Source: Acidimicrobiia bacterium UBA2766 (GTDB lineage: Bacteria > Actinomycetota > Acidimicrobiia > UBA2766). From it: DNA of 64,000 bases. The stretch spans positions 67,656 through 131,655 of the forward strand of contig DEIU01000039.1 of the NCBI GenBank assembly GCA_002352645.1. The letters are read 5' to 3'. Made by a program: the position numbers and the translations under genes. Under the pieces are notes generated by a model. The model was not told where the DNA came from. It searched no databases and saw only the letters and a program-made list of their open reading frames with translations. This document shows, one piece after another, positions 61,406-64,000 of this stretch; positions within the stretch are counted from its first letter, which is position 1, and the number at the start of each line of letters is the position of its first letter.

Positions 61406-62474
61406 GAAGAAGGACCGGACTGCAGTCCTCCTTCTCAATCACGGAGCGGCCGATTCCCAGCCGGGAGTCCGTGTCTTCTTGGACAATATTTTCCAAGACA
61501 TCGATATCATTCGACTTCCAGGTGGGACGCGTTTTCAGGGTCCTTTCGCTCGTCTTCTCTCCAAATACCGCGCACCACGAGTCGAACGTTTATACGAATA
61601 CATGGGAGGCGGGTCGCCTCTTCTCTCGTATATGCGTGCCCAGGCGGATGCTCTCCGTGTGCGTCTCAACCAGCCTGACGGACAATTTGTTGGCGAAGTT
61701 GGCGAAGTTGGGGCAGATGGGAGGGGAGAGGAGATCGAGGTTTTTCTCGGTTTGCGATACTACTCTCCCAGCATTGCCGACGGCCTTGGCGAAGCAGTAA
61801 AACGAAAAGTACGCCGGGTCGTCGTGTTCCCCCAATATCCGCAACACTCTGTCACCACAGTTGATTCGGTCCTCAGGCAACTCGCACGTGCAGTGGCGCA
61901 AACGCCAGGAGCAGACCAACTTGCTCTCTCCATTGTCCCAGCTTTTGGCGCAGAACCGGCATACGTCGATCTCATGGCAGCAAAAGTGCGGGAGGCGATT
62001 GCACGTGCCCCCACTTCTGCCCGCCTACTGTTTACCGCCCATTCCGTGCCCATGAAGTTTGTCGACGAAGGCGATGTCTACCCGGAAACCTGCCAGGAAC
62101 AAGCCGCCCTGATCGCGGCAAAAGCCGGAGTCAACCAGTTCGACCTGGCCTACCAGAGCCGCTCCGGCCCGGTAGAATGGCTTGGACCTGACCTACCTGC
62201 ACACGTGGAAAAACTTCTTGCCACAGGAGAAAAACACTTTGTGCTCGTTCCCTTGTCATTTGTGCAAGACCACCTCGAGACACTGGTAGAACTCGACGTG
62301 CAGCTTGCCGCCGGGATCCTCCGCGCCGGAGGATCCCTGACACGCGTGCGGACAGCAAACAACGCCCCAGAGTTCGCCGACCTCTGCGCCACCCTCGTCC
62401 GCCGCGAACTCGCCCAGCCCCTTTCCGGCACTTCTGGCACTGCCCAGATTTTTGGCAACCTGCAAGTAGAGTGA
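61398..62474 (+). CDS. hemH: Ferrochelatase (coproporphyrin/protoporphyrin)
   Basis: GGGSPL, RYYSP, PQYPQHS.TT, LFTAHSVP, YQSR.GP..WLGP, FVQDHLETLVELD. Confidence 0.93.
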   Translation: MNEKKDRTAVLLLNHGAADSQPGVRVFLDNIFQDIDIIRLPGGTRFQGPFARLLSKYRAPRVERLYEYMGGGSPLLSYMRAQADALRVRLNQPDGQFVGEVGEVGADGRGEEIEVFLGLRYYSPSIADGLGEAVKRKVRRVVVFPQYPQHSVTTVDSVLRQLARAVAQTPGADQLALSIVPAFGAEPAYVDLMAAKVREAIARAPTSARLLFTAHSVPMKFVDEGDVYPETCQEQAALIAAKAGVNQFDLAYQSRSGPVEWLGPDLPAHVEKLLATGEKHFVLVPLSFVQDHLETLVELDVQLAAGILRAGGSLTRVRTANNAPEFADLCATLVRRELAQPLSGTSGTAQIFGNLQVE

Positions 62475-62699
62475 AACTGCAGCCTTGCCCTCATGCTATT
62501 TTCCCGTTTTCGGCAATGCCGAGCTTGGCAAAATGGAGAACATCCTTCGAGGGCAGATATGAAAAACTTGAAAGTCTGCAAAAAATCACAACAAAAGGAA
62601 AAAGCAGGGTGTGAAAGAGGATGCCGAGGAAAAACCAGCCTCCTTCATTCTTCTCCCCATTCCAGACCATTCCCCAGAAACCCGAGACACAGCATGACC

Positions 62700-62814
62700 A
62701 AAATCATTCTCAGCACAAGGCTCTGACCTGCACCCCTGCATTACCGCAACCTCTCTGTGAAAATGCCCCGAAACACAGTCAAAAAACCACCCCTGAACTG
62801 CAACTTTACATTGT
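62700..62814 (+). promoter_or_regulatory. Putative CRISPR leader
   Basis: A/C-rich non-coding stretch directly 5' of repeat 1, with the motif CTGACCTGCA (62723) / CTGAACTGCA (62793) repeated 70 bp apart. Confidence 0.45.
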
Positions 62815-62909
62815 GGTTTCATCATCCCTGCAAGGGGTCGCAACGTCCAGGGCTGGACAAGGCACAGGATTGACAGTGCGGTCTCATCATCCCTGTAAGG
62901 GGTCACAAC
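62815..62909 (+). CRISPR. CRISPR mini-array: two 30-nt repeats, one 35-nt spacer
   Basis: GGTTTCATCATCCCTGCAAGGGGTCGCAAC (62815-62844) and GGTCTCATCATCCCTGTAAGGGGTCACAAC (62880-62909), 27/30 identical; internal CCCT/AGGG hairpin; 3' CAAC end; spacer GTCCAGGGCTGGACAAGGCACAGGATTGACAGTGC. Confidence 0.75.
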
Positions 62910-63108
62910 TATAAATGTTCAAGAGACAAACGTTGGTAGCTCATTTGCCTTCCATTCGCGTGTCTCAACAGCTCCAAACCCCAACCTCCCGCCGAACACT
63001 CCCACTCAAACACGCCTCAGAGCACACAGTCGTTTTCTCTCTCAATGGCCGCGGGCGGTTCTGTCGCCCACGGCACACAAAAAGAAGAACAGACTGTACG
63101 CTACGTGA

Positions 63109-64000
63109 CTATGCGGCACCCTGACGGGCAGTCACGACCTCGCGCCAACGGCGCATTGCTTCGTCCGGGCCATCCAACCACTGCGTCTCGCGCGCACGAC
63201 GAGACTGGTCTGTACTGCTCATGCCTGACCAGACGGCAAGAATGTCGTTTTGGAATTGGTCGGTACCGAGCATGCGCGTAGTGGAAGTGACTGTCTTGCA
63301 GGCTTGGTGTAAGATGTCTGAGTTTCCTGTGATTACGGCTTGGAATGCTTGTACCGTTCCGATGGGGATCTGTCCGATCTGTCCACCTAAAAGCTGATCT
63401 AGTTCGGTCGCTTTTTGAATATGGTCTTGCACCGTTGCCTCAGCCTGAGTTCCTGTATCCGCAATAGCGAGCGCGAGCCAGGCGCGGAGTTCGTCGACTT
63501 TATTGTTTTGCTTTCTTGCTCTTTCGATCGCGTCCAATGCGAGACGATGGCCTTCTTGTGGACGAGTCCAGGCAAGGGTCTCGGCAAGGTTCATGATTGC
63601 CCTGTCTTCCAGGCCATCAGCTCTGGCTTGTCGAGCCAGATCCCGCGCTTGCATGTATTCTGTCTCGGCTTCCGCGAAACGTGCATTCTTGCGGTGGATA
63701 TTGCCGCGCAGAAGATGTTTACGGATAGCAAGGAAACCATTGTCTCCTATAGCCGCAGAGGCACTGAGCGCATCCCTGAAATGGCTTTTCGCCGTGACCG
63801 TAAGCTCAGTCCGCCAGTATTCGGCTTGTTCAGCCCAGAGGCCACCTTCTACAGCTATACTGTCAAATTCTGCTGCAGCGACATTGTAAAGACTGCCGTA
63901 CATGAGAGCGTAGGCTTTTTGAAAACGAAAGAAGTCGTGAGCTGACGAAGGAGAGGGGAGAAGGGGAGAGCGCAGTGCCTCTGCGAGGTCTGCTGTCGCC
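63109..64000 (-). CDS. C-terminal part of a TPR-like helical-repeat protein (5' end lies outside the window)
   Basis: Frame stays open from 63903 to the window edge (...ATADLAEALRSPLLPSPSSAHDFFRFQKAYALM); TPR-like segments RGNIHRKNARFAEAETEYMQARDLA and RAIMNLAETLAW. Confidence 0.75.
   Translation of the reverse strand, partial: ATADLAEALRSPLLPSPSSAHDFFRFQKAYALMYGSLYNVAAAEFDSIAVEGGLWAEQAEYWRTELTVTAKSHFRDALSASAAIGDNGFLAIRKHLLRGNIHRKNARFAEAETEYMQARDLARQARADGLEDRAIMNLAETLAWTRPQEGHRLALDAIERARKQNNKVDELRAWLALAIADTGTQAEATVQDHIQKATELDQLLGGQIGQIPIGTVQAFQAVITGNSDILHQACKTVTSTTRMLGTDQFQNDILAVWSGMSSTDQSRRARETQWLDGPDEAMRRWREVVTARQGAA

Noticed and set aside
62935..62969. Third, degenerate CRISPR repeat (…CTCAT…GTCTCAAC)
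   Set aside because: Needs several gaps to align, lacks the CCCT/AGGG hairpin and would give an abnormally short spacer
1..64000. Numerous long antisense or alternative-frame ORFs in the ORF track (e.g. 1180-2280 -, 19176-20744 -, 40690-42264 -, 49283-50368 +)
   Set aside because: Shadows of well-supported genes on the opposite strand, with no independent motifs

Overview
Chromosomal window from an actinomycete, probably Acidimicrobiia. This is an inference from cofC, several LLM/F420 oxidoreductases, an HU protein with a Lys/Ala-rich tail, an IdeR/DtxR-type box and the gene order. The backbone is the actinobacterial branched-chain amino acid/tRNA/HU/cofC-plsC-gpsA region: ilvB, ilvN, ilvC, serA, leuA, leuB, ilvE, cimA, tRNA-Gln(CTG), tRNA-Glu(CTC), HU, cofC, plsC, gpsA. 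It is interspersed with aroA, map, rnhB, bluB, hemH, a GH38 mannosidase, an iron ABC permease and ATPase, MFS transporters and accessory genes. Intergenic spacers are long and full of short tandem duplications, and several enzymes carry low-complexity in-frame insertions. The most notable signals are: (1) an orphan two-repeat, one-spacer CRISPR mini-array with a leader-like region at 62815-62909, next to a TPR-type gene and with no cas gene in the window; (2) a highly structured candidate ncRNA with two C-rich loops (6C-like but larger) at about 54777-54945 in a 1.3 kb gene-free AT-rich gap; (3) a 1154-aa protein with a J-domain, disordered linker, TM helix and putative beta-propeller; (4) an orphan tandem CheX-CheX protein; (5) an alpha/beta-hydrolase lacking its nucleophilic Ser, overlapping hemH; (6) a Leu4 leader-peptide attenuator before leuA. 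Product calls come from motif recognition only; no searches were run. Several start codons were moved from the ORF track to the position with the best RBS or family-typical N-terminus.
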